Shown: piece after piece, positions 9,487-19,943 of the stretch
Layout of the letters: each line of letters starts with the position of its first letter
How positions within the stretch are numbered: the first letter of the stretch is position 1
Assembly (NCBI GenBank): GCA_964485815.1
Contig: CAZAJX010000004.1
Location: 2,417 to 66,416 of the forward strand
Direction of reading: 5' to 3'
From: an uncultured Oscillospiraceae bacterium
GTDB taxonomy: Bacteria; Bacillota; Clostridia; Oscillospirales; CAG-382
Length of the DNA: 64,000 nucleotides
Made by a program: the position numbers and the translations under genes
Notes under the pieces: model-generated
Database searches by the model: none
What the model was told of the DNA's origin: nothing
Seen by the model: only the letters and a program-made list of their open reading frames with translations

Positions 9487-10465
9487 CATACCGGTTTTTA
9501 TCCCTCAGGAGGGATGTCCCAACGCCTGCGTGTTTTGCTCCCAGAAAAAAATAACGGGAGTAGACCGTCGCGCCGAGCTTGATACTTTTCGTGCTACCGT
9601 GGATAAAGCCTTGGAAAAGGAGTGGCAGGAAAGCGAAATAGCCTTTTTCGGCGGAAGCTTTACCGCTATTGACAAAGGGCGTATGATCTCTCTTCTCGAT
9701 GCGGCGTATGAATACGTTCATATAGGAAAGATCAACGGAATACGCATTTCCACCCGTCCCGATTTTATTGATGAGGCGGTGCTTGAAATATTAAAAAGCA
9801 GGGGAGTAACCTCTATCGAATTGGGAGTGCAAAGTGTTTCGGATAAAGTGCTTTCGGCTTCCGGAAGAGGACACACCGGTGAAGACAGCGAAAAAGCTTG
9901 TAAATTAATTAAAAAATACGGTTTCCGTCTGGGCGGACAGATGATGGTTGGCTTGCCTTTGTCAACGGCGGAGGATGAGCTTGCCACCGCTCAAGCCATT
10001 TGTGATTGGGGCGCGGACGAAACCCGTATTTATCCCACTGTTGTTTTCGAAGATACACCCTTATACCGTATGACGTTAAACGGAGAATATACACCTCTTT
10101 CCTTGGATGATGCCGTTTCCCGTTGCGCCGATTGTATGGATATATTTTTATCCCGCGGGGTAAAGGTTTTGCGTGTAGGACTGCACGCTTCAGAGCAGTT
10201 GGTCTCCGCTCCCTTCGGCGCTACGCATCCCGCTATGGGTGAATTGGTGGAAAGCGAATTATACCGCAGGCGGATAGATGCCCTTATCGGAGAAACACGG
10301 GGAAAAAAGCTGTCGGTCTACGTTTCTGCTTCCGCTTGCTCAAAGGCTGCGGGACAGCACAGAAAGAATACTGAATATTTTAAGAATACATACGGTTTTT
10401 CCAATGTTTCGGTTTACGGAACCGATATGCCGGACTATACGGCGAAAATATGTATAGAGGATTGA
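9470..10465 (+). CDS. radical SAM protein (Elp3-type radical SAM domain)
   Basis: CxxxCxxC cluster (CPNACVFC) near the N-terminus. ORF 9416 trimmed to ATG 9470. Lies between rnc and smc. Confidence 0.75.
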   Translation: MKNHRNIPVFIPQEGCPNACVFCSQKKITGVDRRAELDTFRATVDKALEKEWQESEIAFFGGSFTAIDKGRMISLLDAAYEYVHIGKINGIRISTRPDFIDEAVLEILKSRGVTSIELGVQSVSDKVLSASGRGHTGEDSEKACKLIKKYGFRLGGQMMVGLPLSTAEDELATAQAICDWGADETRIYPTVVFEDTPLYRMTLNGEYTPLSLDDAVSRCADCMDIFLSRGVKVLRVGLHASEQLVSAPFGATHPAMGELVESELYRRRIDALIGETRGKKLSVYVSASACSKAAGQHRKNTEYFKNTYGFSNVSVYGTDMPDYTAKICIED

Positions 10466-10469
10466 TTTT

Positions 10470-13400
10470 TTGAAACTTAAAAGTATAGAAATGCAGGGGT
10501 TCAAATCGTTCCCCGATAAAACGCGAATAACCTTTGATGACGGTGTTACCGCCATCATAGGACCTAACGGAAGCGGTAAATCCAATATTTCCGATGCGGT
10601 TCGCTGGGTGTTGGGCGAAATGTCCATGAAGAGTCTGCGCGGAAGCAAGATGGAGGACGTTATTTTTAACGGTACGCCCAACCGTCCCGCCGCAAACTTT
10701 TCTTCTGTTTCTCTTACCCTTGATACCACCGCAGAATACGACCGCCACGCACAGACCTTTATGTCTATTTCCGAAGAAGAAAAAAGTACAGAGGAAAAAA
10801 AGGACGAATATAAGCTTCACGACGGTACCGAGGTAACCATTACCAGAAAGTACTACAGAAGTGGCGAAAGTGAATATTATATCAACAAAAAGCAGGTCAG
10901 ATTAAAGGATATCTACGAGCTGTTTTACGATACCGGTATCGGCAGAGAAGGATATTCTGTTATCTCTCAGGGTAAAATATCCGAAGTCCTTTCCCAGAAG
11001 GGGCACGAGAGAAGAGATATCTTTGAAGAAGCCGCAGGTATTTCCAAATTCCGTTATAAAAAAGCAGAGGCGGAAAGAAAGCTTGCGGAAACCGAAAATA
11101 ACCTTGTAAGAATCAACGATATATTGAGCGAGGTATCCTCCCGTATCGGTCCTCTTGAAAAAGAGGCTGAAAACGCAAAGAAATATCTTGTGCTTTCCGA
11201 AGAGAAAAAAGGTCTGGAGATCACTCTCTGGCTGGATAAGATAGATAAGCTCCGTGTGGATCTGGAGCGTAACGCAACAGAAACCGCAGGTGCCCGTCTG
11301 ACACTGGATAACTGTGAAAATGACGTGCGAACCCTTGACTATAAGCTTGATAACGCTCTCCGCGAGGGATACGATATCGGACGTGAGCTTTCCGAAACCG
11401 AGCGTCTTATTTCCGAAAGCGAGAAGAATATCGCCGCCGTAGAATCCGAAAAAGCACTTCGTATGAATGATGCGGAGCATTACCGCCGCATGGCAAGTCA
11501 GTACGCGGAAGATGTTTCCAGAAATAATCGGGAGCTTTCCTTGGCATCCGATATGCTCTCTGCCGCCTTGTCGGTTGGTGAAGAGCTTAAAAACGAACAG
11601 GAAAAGGTCAGATCCGAATTCGAACTGGCAGAACGCGCTTATGCAGAATACCGCGATATAGCAGTGTCCTGCACCGAGAAGGAGCAAAAGGCCGTTTCCG
11701 ATCAAACTAACGCATACGAATACGTTTCCGGCTTGCGTGAAACTTACGCGGCGCTCAAAGCTAAATCAGAGGAAACCGTTCGTGCCCGCGATGAAGCGGA
11801 AGCACAACTTAACGCCTCTGCCGCGCGCGTGTCCGAGCTTTCTTTGGCTCTTGAGAAGGCAAGTGCTGATCTGGCACAGGCTGAAAGTAAAGTAAACGAG
11901 AGCGCCGAAAATAATCTTGAGGCAAACAAAAAGTGCGAAGAAAACAGAACTGCCAGAAATAAGCTTAACGATGAGCTTTCGGCGGTAAATCTTGATATTT
12001 CCGCCCTTGAGCACCGCAGAGAAAATCTGCGCCGAATGGAAGCGCTGTTTGAAGGGTATTCCGATGGCGTTAAAAACGTAATGAGCGCATCCGGCAAGGA
12101 GCTTAACGGTATAGTCGGTACGGTTTCATCCGTTGTTTCCACCGATGAAAAATATGTTCTTGCTCTTGAAACCGCTTTGGGTGCATCCGCACAGTTCATA
12201 ATAACCGAAAAGGAAGAGGATGCAAAAAAAGCCGTACGGCATCTTAAAAATACCGCAGGCGGCAGAGCAACCTTCCTTCCCATAGACACGGTAACGGGCA
12301 ACAGAGTAAATGAAGAGCCCTTCAAAAATGTAAAGGGCTATCTCGGTATTGCTTCCGATCTCGTTAAGACAGATAAAAAGTTCCGCAAGGTGATCGATGA
12401 TCTTCTCGGCAGAACCATTCTTACCGATAATATGGATTCCGCTACAGCCGCCGCAGCGTCCTGCGGTTATAAGGTCAAAGCTGTTACTCTCGATGGACAG
12501 GTAGTCAACCCCGGCGGAAGTATTACCGGCGGCAGTACCCATAAAAAAGCAGGTCTTTTCACCCGCGCTATGGATATTGACCGACTCACCGGCGAAATAG
12601 GCGCAAAAAATACTCAGGCGGAAAAGCTGTCTGCTGCTCTTGCGGAGCTTGATTCCGCATACGAAGAGCTTTGTTCTTCCCGCGTCAATACCGAGGAGCA
12701 GTATAACTCTGCCGTAGCATACCGTAACGATTGTATTCGTGCGTGCGATGGCGCCAAGGTGCGATTGGAAGAAGAAAACAATCATAACGAGTCGATCAGA
12801 CTTCAGGCTTCCAGACAGGAGCAGGATGCGGTCGTTGCTCTTGAAGCAACCGAAAAACAGCTTACCGAAGCCGAGGAAAAGCTTGCTTCCCTCCGCGCAT
12901 ATGCCGAGCAATGCTCTGCGGAAAACGCATCAGCTAAGGAAAACGAGCAATCCTCCTTTGACGAATGTAACCGTATACGTGTTGCTCTCTTTGAAAAGAC
13001 TTCTTCTTACGAAAGACAGAGCGCTCATATACGTTCTCTTACCGAAAAGAAGGAGGGTATTCAGAACAGAATAAGCGATATTGAGGATGCTATCCGTCAG
13101 GCTGAGCAAAGCGCTTTGTCTGCGGAAGCGGCGCTCGCCGAATATGATACCCGCAAGCTTGCCATCGCCGAGGAAGCAAAGCAGCACAGAGAAAAGCTGG
13201 CACAGCTTCTTAATTCCCGTGATGAATCCGAAAAGAGTGCGGTCAGTATCCGCGGACTTGTTAAAGAAGCGCAAATCAAAAAAGAAGAAGCGCTGCGCAG
13301 ATTTACCGAGCTTGAATCCCGCGGACAAAATCTTAATACCGATTACGATTCTGTTTCGGCTAAGCTCTGGGATGAATACGAGCTTACATATACCAACGCC

Positions 13401-14108
13401 TGCGCTTACAGACTGCCTGCCGAGCAAATGACTTCTGCGGCAACCCGCGTTGCTTCTCTCCGTGCAAAGATCCGCGCTATGGGACATATCAACGTAAACG
13501 CTGTTGAGGAATACAAAACGGAAAAAGAACGTTTCGATTTCCTTACTGCTCAAACAGACGATCTTAATAAGACACGCCGTCAGCTTGATTCTACCATCGA
13601 AAAGCTGTCCCGCACGATGAAGGATACGTTTATCGATTGCTTTGAGCGCATAAATTCTGCTTTCGGCAGAACCTTTGCCGCACTGTTCGGCGGCGGTTCC
13701 GGCAGAGTTGAGCTTGAAGACCCCAACAATCCTTTGGAATGCGGCATAGATATTATCTTAAGACCTCCCGGAAAGAGTGTAAAGAGTATATCTCTTCTGT
13801 CCGGCGGTGAGCAGTCCTTTGCCGCTATCGCTTTGTATCTTGCATTGCAGGAGATCAATCCTTCGCCTTTCTGTATTTTCGATGAGATCGAATCCGCATT
13901 GGACGATGTGAACCTGGCAAAATTCGCAGATTACGTTCGTGAACACAGCGAATCCACCCAGTATATTCTTATTACTCACCGCCGCGGAACGATGGAGCGT
14001 GCCGACGTGTTGTACGGCGTTACCATGTACGAAAGAGGCGTTTCCAATTATCTGCGTCTTAACGTGGATATGATGGAAGAGAATATCAAAAAATACAGTC
14101 ATTCATAA
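10470..14108 (+). CDS. smc: chromosome segregation protein SMC
   Basis: Walker A GPNGSGKSN, long coiled coils with a central hinge, signature LSGGE, Walker B FCIFDEIESALD; TTG start; 1212 aa. Confidence 0.95.
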   Translation: MKLKSIEMQGFKSFPDKTRITFDDGVTAIIGPNGSGKSNISDAVRWVLGEMSMKSLRGSKMEDVIFNGTPNRPAANFSSVSLTLDTTAEYDRHAQTFMSISEEEKSTEEKKDEYKLHDGTEVTITRKYYRSGESEYYINKKQVRLKDIYELFYDTGIGREGYSVISQGKISEVLSQKGHERRDIFEEAAGISKFRYKKAEAERKLAETENNLVRINDILSEVSSRIGPLEKEAENAKKYLVLSEEKKGLEITLWLDKIDKLRVDLERNATETAGARLTLDNCENDVRTLDYKLDNALREGYDIGRELSETERLISESEKNIAAVESEKALRMNDAEHYRRMASQYAEDVSRNNRELSLASDMLSAALSVGEELKNEQEKVRSEFELAERAYAEYRDIAVSCTEKEQKAVSDQTNAYEYVSGLRETYAALKAKSEETVRARDEAEAQLNASAARVSELSLALEKASADLAQAESKVNESAENNLEANKKCEENRTARNKLNDELSAVNLDISALEHRRENLRRMEALFEGYSDGVKNVMSASGKELNGIVGTVSSVVSTDEKYVLALETALGASAQFIITEKEEDAKKAVRHLKNTAGGRATFLPIDTVTGNRVNEEPFKNVKGYLGIASDLVKTDKKFRKVIDDLLGRTILTDNMDSATAAAASCGYKVKAVTLDGQVVNPGGSITGGSTHKKAGLFTRAMDIDRLTGEIGAKNTQAEKLSAALAELDSAYEELCSSRVNTEEQYNSAVAYRNDCIRACDGAKVRLEEENNHNESIRLQASRQEQDAVVALEATEKQLTEAEEKLASLRAYAEQCSAENASAKENEQSSFDECNRIRVALFEKTSSYERQSAHIRSLTEKKEGIQNRISDIEDAIRQAEQSALSAEAALAEYDTRKLAIAEEAKQHREKLAQLLNSRDESEKSAVSIRGLVKEAQIKKEEALRRFTELESRGQNLNTDYDSVSAKLWDEYELTYTNACAYRLPAEQMTSAATRVASLRAKIRAMGHINVNAVEEYKTEKERFDFLTAQTDDLNKTRRQLDSTIEKLSRTMKDTFIDCFERINSAFGRTFAALFGGGSGRVELEDPNNPLECGIDIILRPPGKSVKSISLLSGGEQSFAAIALYLALQEINPSPFCIFDEIESALDDVNLAKFADYVREHSESTQYILITHRRGTMERADVLYGVTMYERGVSNYLRLNVDMMEENIKKYSHS

Positions 14109-14120
14109 AAAGGAGCAACA

Positions 14121-15029
14121 ATGGGCTTTTTTGATAAATTAAAACAAGGTCTTGCGAAGACAAAAGCCGCCTTTATCACTCCGCTTGAAAAGCTCTTTTC
14201 ATCTGCGGAAAAGGTGGATGAAGATTTTTACGATGAGCTTTTGGATGTGCTCATAATGGCAGACGTTGGAGTTGAAACCTCTGATTATATCGTTGAAACT
14301 CTTCGTAAAGAGCTTAAAGAGAAAAACATCTGGGAGGCTGATAAGGCTCGTGAAGAGCTTCGCAGAGTGATGTGCGAAACTATCGGAGAATATATGCCTC
14401 TTGAGATAAAAGACGGACTTAACGTTATCCTCGTTATCGGCGTTAACGGCGCAGGAAAGACCACCTCTATAGGCAAGCTTGCGTCTATGTATAAAGCCGA
14501 AGGCAAAAAGGTCATTCTTGCCGCCGCAGATACCTTCCGTGCCGCCGCAATCGATCAGCTCGGCGTATGGGCTGACAGAGCAGGCGTGCAGATGATCCGT
14601 CAGTCCGAGGGTGCGGATCCCGCCGCAGTTGTTTTTGATGCGGCTGCAGCCGCCCGCAAGCAAAAGGCGGATGTGCTTATCGTAGATACCGCAGGCAGAC
14701 TTCACAACAAGAAGAATTTGTTGGATGAACTTGCAAAGATCAACCGCGTACTTGACCGTGAGCTTCCCGAAGCCCACAAGGAAACCCTTATAGTTCTGGA
14801 CGCCACCACCGGTCAGAACGCTATTATGCAGACACAGGAATTCGGAAAAGCCGCAGGAATTACGGGACTCGTGCTCACAAAGCTTGACGGTACCGCAAAA
14901 GGAGGTTTCGTGCTTGCTATCAAGCATACTCTTGATATTCCCGTGCGCTTTATAGGCGTAGGCGAGGGAGTTGATGATCTGCGTCCCTTTAACCCCGTTG
15001 ATTTTGTTAAAGCTATGTTCGGAGATTAA
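14121..15029 (+). CDS. ftsY: signal recognition particle receptor FtsY
   Basis: SRP GTPase motifs GVNGAGKTT, DTAGR, TKLDG. Confidence 0.95.
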   Translation: MGFFDKLKQGLAKTKAAFITPLEKLFSSAEKVDEDFYDELLDVLIMADVGVETSDYIVETLRKELKEKNIWEADKAREELRRVMCETIGEYMPLEIKDGLNVILVIGVNGAGKTTSIGKLASMYKAEGKKVILAAADTFRAAAIDQLGVWADRAGVQMIRQSEGADPAAVVFDAAAAARKQKADVLIVDTAGRLHNKKNLLDELAKINRVLDRELPEAHKETLIVLDATTGQNAIMQTQEFGKAAGITGLVLTKLDGTAKGGFVLAIKHTLDIPVRFIGVGEGVDDLRPFNPVDFVKAMFGD

Positions 15030-15032
15030 GAT

Positions 15033-15647
15033 ATGGAACTTGTTTTTGCAACCAATAACAAACATAAAGTCAGCGAACTTCGTGAGCTTTTTCACGGATA
15101 TTTCGGCGATAAGGTAAATATACTTACTCTTAAAGACGTCGGTTTCCAAGGTGATATTATCGAAGATGCCGATACCTTCGCAGGGAACGCTTTTATAAAA
15201 GCCGATACAGTCTGCCGTTTTTGCGGAAAGCCTGCCGTTGCGGATGATTCCGGTCTGGTTGTGGATGCTCTCGGCGGAGCGCCGGGGGTTATGTCCGCCC
15301 GTTATTCGGGAGAGGATTCGGATGATAAAAGGAATATCCAAAAATTACTCGGCGAATTGAAAAACGTACCTTTGGAAGAACGTACCGCACGTTTCGTTTG
15401 CCATATTTGCTGTGTATTTCCCGATGGGAAACGCATTGATTGCGAGGAAAACAGCGAAGGAAGAATTATCTTCGAATGTAAAGGTGACGGTGACTTCGGA
15501 TACGATCCCGTTTTCCTGAACGAGGAGTACGGACTTACCTTTGCGGAAATGGATATGGAAACCAAAAACAAGGTCAGCCACAGAGGCAGAGCGGTAAGAA
15601 CTTTTGCAGACATATTCGCTTCATCAAATGTTGACATAATACAGTAA
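15033..15647 (+). CDS. rdgB: non-canonical purine NTP pyrophosphatase (RdgB/HAM1 family)
   Basis: FATNNKHKVSELRE N-terminus and FGYDPVF motif; 204 aa. Confidence 0.9.
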   Translation: MELVFATNNKHKVSELRELFHGYFGDKVNILTLKDVGFQGDIIEDADTFAGNAFIKADTVCRFCGKPAVADDSGLVVDALGGAPGVMSARYSGEDSDDKRNIQKLLGELKNVPLEERTARFVCHICCVFPDGKRIDCEENSEGRIIFECKGDGDFGYDPVFLNEEYGLTFAEMDMETKNKVSHRGRAVRTFADIFASSNVDIIQ

Positions 15648-15699
15648 ATATGTTATCATAATATGATGAATTAATTATACTTTACCGGGAGGGAACGGC

Positions 15700-16575
15700 G
15701 TGAGCGATTTTCTTTATTACGTTAAGGAAACTCTGTTAAATATTACAGTAATAGATGTTATTGATATTGTTATTGTTTCATTTTTGCTGTATTACACTTT
15801 CAAATTCATACAAGAGCGCCGTGCCGCCAAGCTTGCCATCGGTCTTATATTACTGCTGGCGTTGCTGCTTGTCAGTGAAGTGCTTAATATGCATGCGCTC
15901 AACTTTATACTTTCGAATCTTTTCAGTGTCGGAATTATTGCGCTTGTTATCGTATTCCAACCGGAATTGCGCAGCGTGCTTGAGAAGGTGGGCGGTGAAT
16001 CCCTGCGGAGTATAAGGGGAAAAATGGATGACGAAACTGTTTCTCTGTATACCGAATGTATTACCGAGGTGGCAGTAGCCGCAGAACAGCTTTCTCAATC
16101 CAAAACGGGTGCTTTAATGGTATTTGAGCGTTCCACCAAGCTTGGCGACGTTATCCGTACAGGTACTGTGCTGGATGCAAAACCCACGTCTTTCCTTATC
16201 GGCAACATATTTTTCAACAAAGCGCCTTTACACGACGGCGCGGTTATATTCAGAGAAGGCCGTATCCACGCCGCAGGCTGTTTTTTGCCTTTGTCCGATA
16301 ATAACGAGATCGTAAAAGACCTCGGCACCCGCCACCGAGCAGGTATAGGTATGAGCGAAAACAGTGATGCTATCGTACTTATTATATCCGAAGAAACGGG
16401 AATAATCTCCGTTGCATCCGATGGCGTACTTAAAAGAGGTTTTTCCCGCAAGAAGCTGGAAACTTATCTCGAATCTCAGCTTATAGTAAAAGAGAACTCT
16501 TTGAAGAGCAAGGTTAAAAACCAGCTCACCCGTATTACAAAAAAGAAAAAGGGGGATGAAAAGGTTGATCAATAA
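15700..16575 (+). CDS. cdaA: diadenylate cyclase CdaA
   Basis: Three N-terminal TM helices plus a DAC domain (DGAVIF, GTRHRAGIG). GTG start after GGGAGGGA. Confidence 0.9.
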   Translation: MSDFLYYVKETLLNITVIDVIDIVIVSFLLYYTFKFIQERRAAKLAIGLILLLALLLVSEVLNMHALNFILSNLFSVGIIALVIVFQPELRSVLEKVGGESLRSIRGKMDDETVSLYTECITEVAVAAEQLSQSKTGALMVFERSTKLGDVIRTGTVLDAKPTSFLIGNIFFNKAPLHDGAVIFREGRIHAAGCFLPLSDNNEIVKDLGTRHRAGIGMSENSDAIVLIISEETGIISVASDGVLKRGFSRKKLETYLESQLIVKENSLKSKVKNQLTRITKKKKGDEKVDQ

Positions 16576-17836
16576 GCTTAAAGACGTTTCCAATTCAGTC
16601 CCTCGTCCCAATAAAAGAAAACTTGTTACCTTCTTTACAGCGTTTCTCGCGGTTGTTTCCGCTGTTGTGCTTTGGTTTTTCGCTATAGACTATGACAGCC
16701 CCGATTACACCAAGACCTTTTCAAATATCAAGGTTGAAGTTACCGGGTTGTCCGAGCTTCGTCAGACGATGGGTTACACCCTTCTTGAGGAGCCGGATCT
16801 TACCGTTGATGTAACCATCGCAGGCAAGCGTACCGACGTTAATCAGGTGCGTTCCTCCGAAATCACCGCTTCCATAGACTTGTCTACCGTGGCGGCGGCA
16901 GGGGAGAATAAGTTTTCCGTGCAGATATCTTCTCCCAACGGTACGACTGTGGCTTCCCAAAGCATAAGCGAAGTAAGATTGTATGTCGATAATTTTATTT
17001 CAAAGCAATATACTGTCAAGGTGCGAAATCTTGGTTACACTTTGGCTGAGCATTTGCATATCGATACCGTAAACTGCAGTCCCGCTACCGTTACGGTTTG
17101 GGGACCCGAGAACGAGCTGGCGAAAATATCCGGCGCGTACGTTGATCTTGAACTGGGTGAACTTGTAAATTCCGTTAAGGTTACTGCAAGCGCCAAGCTT
17201 CTTGACATTAATAACGCAGAGGTTAACAATCCTTATATAATGGTTGCAAACAACTCTGTTACCGCATCCGTTTCCGTTTACGCAGAAAAAGAAGTGCCTG
17301 TCCGCGTAAAACTTATCGGAGGTATGTATTCCGACCTTACGGCTGACATCCGCTGTGATATCGACACGGTCTTGCTCCGCGGAACGGTAGAGCGTATGGC
17401 AAATATCAGTGAATACGTTATTGAAATCGATGAAACCGATACTCAGTTTGATTTGCCTGTAAAGATACTTATAACGCCTCCTGCGGGAAGTATAAACGTA
17501 GGGGAAGAACAGTATGCAACCGTTCTTATTTCAGTTCCGGATATCGGCAAGCTGGATATGGTAATACCCTCGAAAAACATCGAATTTATCAATATGCCGA
17601 AGGAATTCAGCGCAAAAGCGCTCAAGGACGTGGTGATTGAGCTTCGCGGTCTGCAGGATGTACTTAACACCCTTACCGAGGAGGATATCAAGCTGAGCGT
17701 GGATATGTCCCTTTTGGGAGATCTGTCTGCGGGAAGTATGACCGTTCCGGTAACGGTAACCATTTCAAACGAAGACGTTTCGGGTATATTCGTTTACAAC
17801 CGTAACGCATATACCGTTGAGATAATTATAAAATAA
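16556..17836 (+). CDS. cdaR: YbbR domain-containing protein (CdaA regulator CdaR)
   Basis: N-terminal TM followed by repeated beta-rich modules. Overlaps cdaA by 20 nt in the conserved cdaA-cdaR position. Confidence 0.7.
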   Translation: MKRLINKLKDVSNSVPRPNKRKLVTFFTAFLAVVSAVVLWFFAIDYDSPDYTKTFSNIKVEVTGLSELRQTMGYTLLEEPDLTVDVTIAGKRTDVNQVRSSEITASIDLSTVAAAGENKFSVQISSPNGTTVASQSISEVRLYVDNFISKQYTVKVRNLGYTLAEHLHIDTVNCSPATVTVWGPENELAKISGAYVDLELGELVNSVKVTASAKLLDINNAEVNNPYIMVANNSVTASVSVYAEKEVPVRVKLIGGMYSDLTADIRCDIDTVLLRGTVERMANISEYVIEIDETDTQFDLPVKILITPPAGSINVGEEQYATVLISVPDIGKLDMVIPSKNIEFINMPKEFSAKALKDVVIELRGLQDVLNTLTEEDIKLSVDMSLLGDLSAGSMTVPVTVTISNEDVSGIFVYNRNAYTVEIIIK

Positions 17837-17846
17837 ATTTTAGGAG

Positions 17847-19931
17847 ATGAAGGCCTTGACTTCAAGGAAGTGGGTCATAAACGGCGCCAATACTACCGCC
17901 GCTGCATTACGGGCGGAAAGCGGATATTTGCCTCTCACAGCAAGATTGCTTTGCTCCAGAGGATTTGATACATCCGCCAAGGTTGCCGATTTTTACGATA
18001 CAGAAAAACTTTCTTTTTACGATCCCTATCTGCTTAAGGATATGGATAAAGCGGTTGACCGCATAAAAAAAGCAATACAAAACAAAGAACGCGTTTGTAT
18101 TTACGGCGATTACGACGTGGATGGTGTTACTTCCACCACTATGTTGTATACATATCTGCGTTCTCTCGGCGTGGAAACCACATATTTTATTCCCGAGCGT
18201 ATGAACGAGGGGTACGGACTCAGCCGTACTGCCATTGAGCGCTTTGCGGGCAATGTGGATCTGCTTATCACCGTTGACACGGGTATAACCGCCGTTGCCG
18301 AAACCGAATACGCAAAGCAGTTCGGAATGGATATGATCATAACCGACCACCACAGTTGCAGGGATATCCTTCCCGATGCGGTAGCGGTTGTCAACCCTCA
18401 CAGAGAAGATTGCGAATATCCCTTCAAAAAGCTTGCGGGGGTAGGCGTAGTGTTCAAGCTTCTTTGCGCCCTTCACGGTAACAGCGATGATATATGCAAA
18501 CGCTACGGCGAAATTGTTGCTATCGGCACTATAGCCGATGTTATGCCTATCGTTGGCGAAAACCGTCTTATTGCGGCAATAGGTATCGAAAACCTTTCAA
18601 ACACCAAGTATCACGGTTTACGTGCCCTTATGGAGCAGGTAGGTATCTTTAAAAACGGCAAAAAAGTAAAAAAGATAACCTCTTCCACCATAGGATACGT
18701 GCTTGCGCCCCGTATCAACGCCGCAGGCAGAATTACCAGCGCTGTGCGTGCGGTTGAGCTTTTGCTCGCGGATAACGAAAACGATGCAAGCCGTATCGCC
18801 GCAGAACTTTGCGAAATAAATAAGCTTCGTCAATCCACCGAGCTTGATATTTATAATCAGGCGCTTTCCCAGATAACCGAGCAGCATCCCGATAACACGG
18901 CGTACGTCCTTTCTTCCGATGGCTGGCATCAGGGTGTAATCGGTGTGGTTGCATCCCGCATAACAGAGAAGTACTCGCTTCCCAGCGTATTGTTCTCCTT
19001 TGACGGCGATATAGGAAAGGGAAGCGGCAGAAGCATTAAAGGATTTTCCCTTATGGATGCCTTGGCTGAATGCTCCGACCTTTTGCTTGAATACGGCGGA
19101 CACGAGCTTGCGGCAGGTCTTTCTATTGAGCGAAAGAATCTTGAAACTTTTTCTGCCCGTTTGAACGATTATGCTGAAAAGCATATAAAGAAAAACGAGC
19201 TTGTAATTCCTCTTGAGATCGACTGCGAAGCGGCATTTTCCGAGCTTACTCTCCGTCAGGCAGAGGATATTCAGCGCCTTGAGCCCTTCGGATTGTCAAA
19301 TCCCGTTCCCGTATTTATTCTTAAGGGTGCGGTTATAAAGAACGTAACCCCTCTTTCCGGCGGAAAGCATATGAAGATACGAGTTTCCGATGGCGGCAGA
19401 AGCGACCTTACCGCCGTGTACTTCGGAATGAGCGCAGAAAGCTTTTCTCTCTGTGAAGGGGATCGGTGTGATATAGCCTTTTCTCTTGAAATCAACGAGT
19501 TTATGGGCACAGCAACGCCCCAGCTTCTCGTTAAGGATATAAGACTTGCAGAAGGCGAAAACGATAAGCTTGACAGCGAATACGAAGCATATCTTCGTGC
19601 TGTTGATTTCGAGGATCAGTGTCCCGTATCTGCGGATTGTATTCCCACTCTCGCAGATTTCAGAGAAGTGTTCCGTTATCTTCGCCGCAGCTTTGACGGC
19701 ACTAAGCCTTCATCGGTACGCCGCCTTGTCAGCAATATCCGCGAGGAAACCGGCAACGATATAAACGTGTGTAAAATTTTAATTATCAGCGATGTTTTGC
19801 AAGAGCAAGGTATTGCAGAAGTAGAGCATATACCCGGTATGATGATCCGCATCGGCTTAAAGCCCTTCAGCGGAAAGATCAATCTTGATAATTCCAGACT
19901 TTTGGGAATGGTAAAAGCAAAACACGCGTAA
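17847..19931 (+). CDS. recJ: single-stranded-DNA-specific exonuclease RecJ
   Basis: DHH motifs (DYDVDGVTS, ITDHH) and DHHA1 (GGHELAAG). An in-frame TTG at 17856 has better spacing from AGGAG (17842-17846) than ATG 17847. Confidence 0.9.
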   Translation: MKALTSRKWVINGANTTAAALRAESGYLPLTARLLCSRGFDTSAKVADFYDTEKLSFYDPYLLKDMDKAVDRIKKAIQNKERVCIYGDYDVDGVTSTTMLYTYLRSLGVETTYFIPERMNEGYGLSRTAIERFAGNVDLLITVDTGITAVAETEYAKQFGMDMIITDHHSCRDILPDAVAVVNPHREDCEYPFKKLAGVGVVFKLLCALHGNSDDICKRYGEIVAIGTIADVMPIVGENRLIAAIGIENLSNTKYHGLRALMEQVGIFKNGKKVKKITSSTIGYVLAPRINAAGRITSAVRAVELLLADNENDASRIAAELCEINKLRQSTELDIYNQALSQITEQHPDNTAYVLSSDGWHQGVIGVVASRITEKYSLPSVLFSFDGDIGKGSGRSIKGFSLMDALAECSDLLLEYGGHELAAGLSIERKNLETFSARLNDYAEKHIKKNELVIPLEIDCEAAFSELTLRQAEDIQRLEPFGLSNPVPVFILKGAVIKNVTPLSGGKHMKIRVSDGGRSDLTAVYFGMSAESFSLCEGDRCDIAFSLEINEFMGTATPQLLVKDIRLAEGENDKLDSEYEAYLRAVDFEDQCPVSADCIPTLADFREVFRYLRRSFDGTKPSSVRRLVSNIREETGNDINVCKILIISDVLQEQGIAEVEHIPGMMIRIGLKPFSGKINLDNSRLLGMVKAKHA

Positions 19932-19943
19932 AACAGGTGTAAT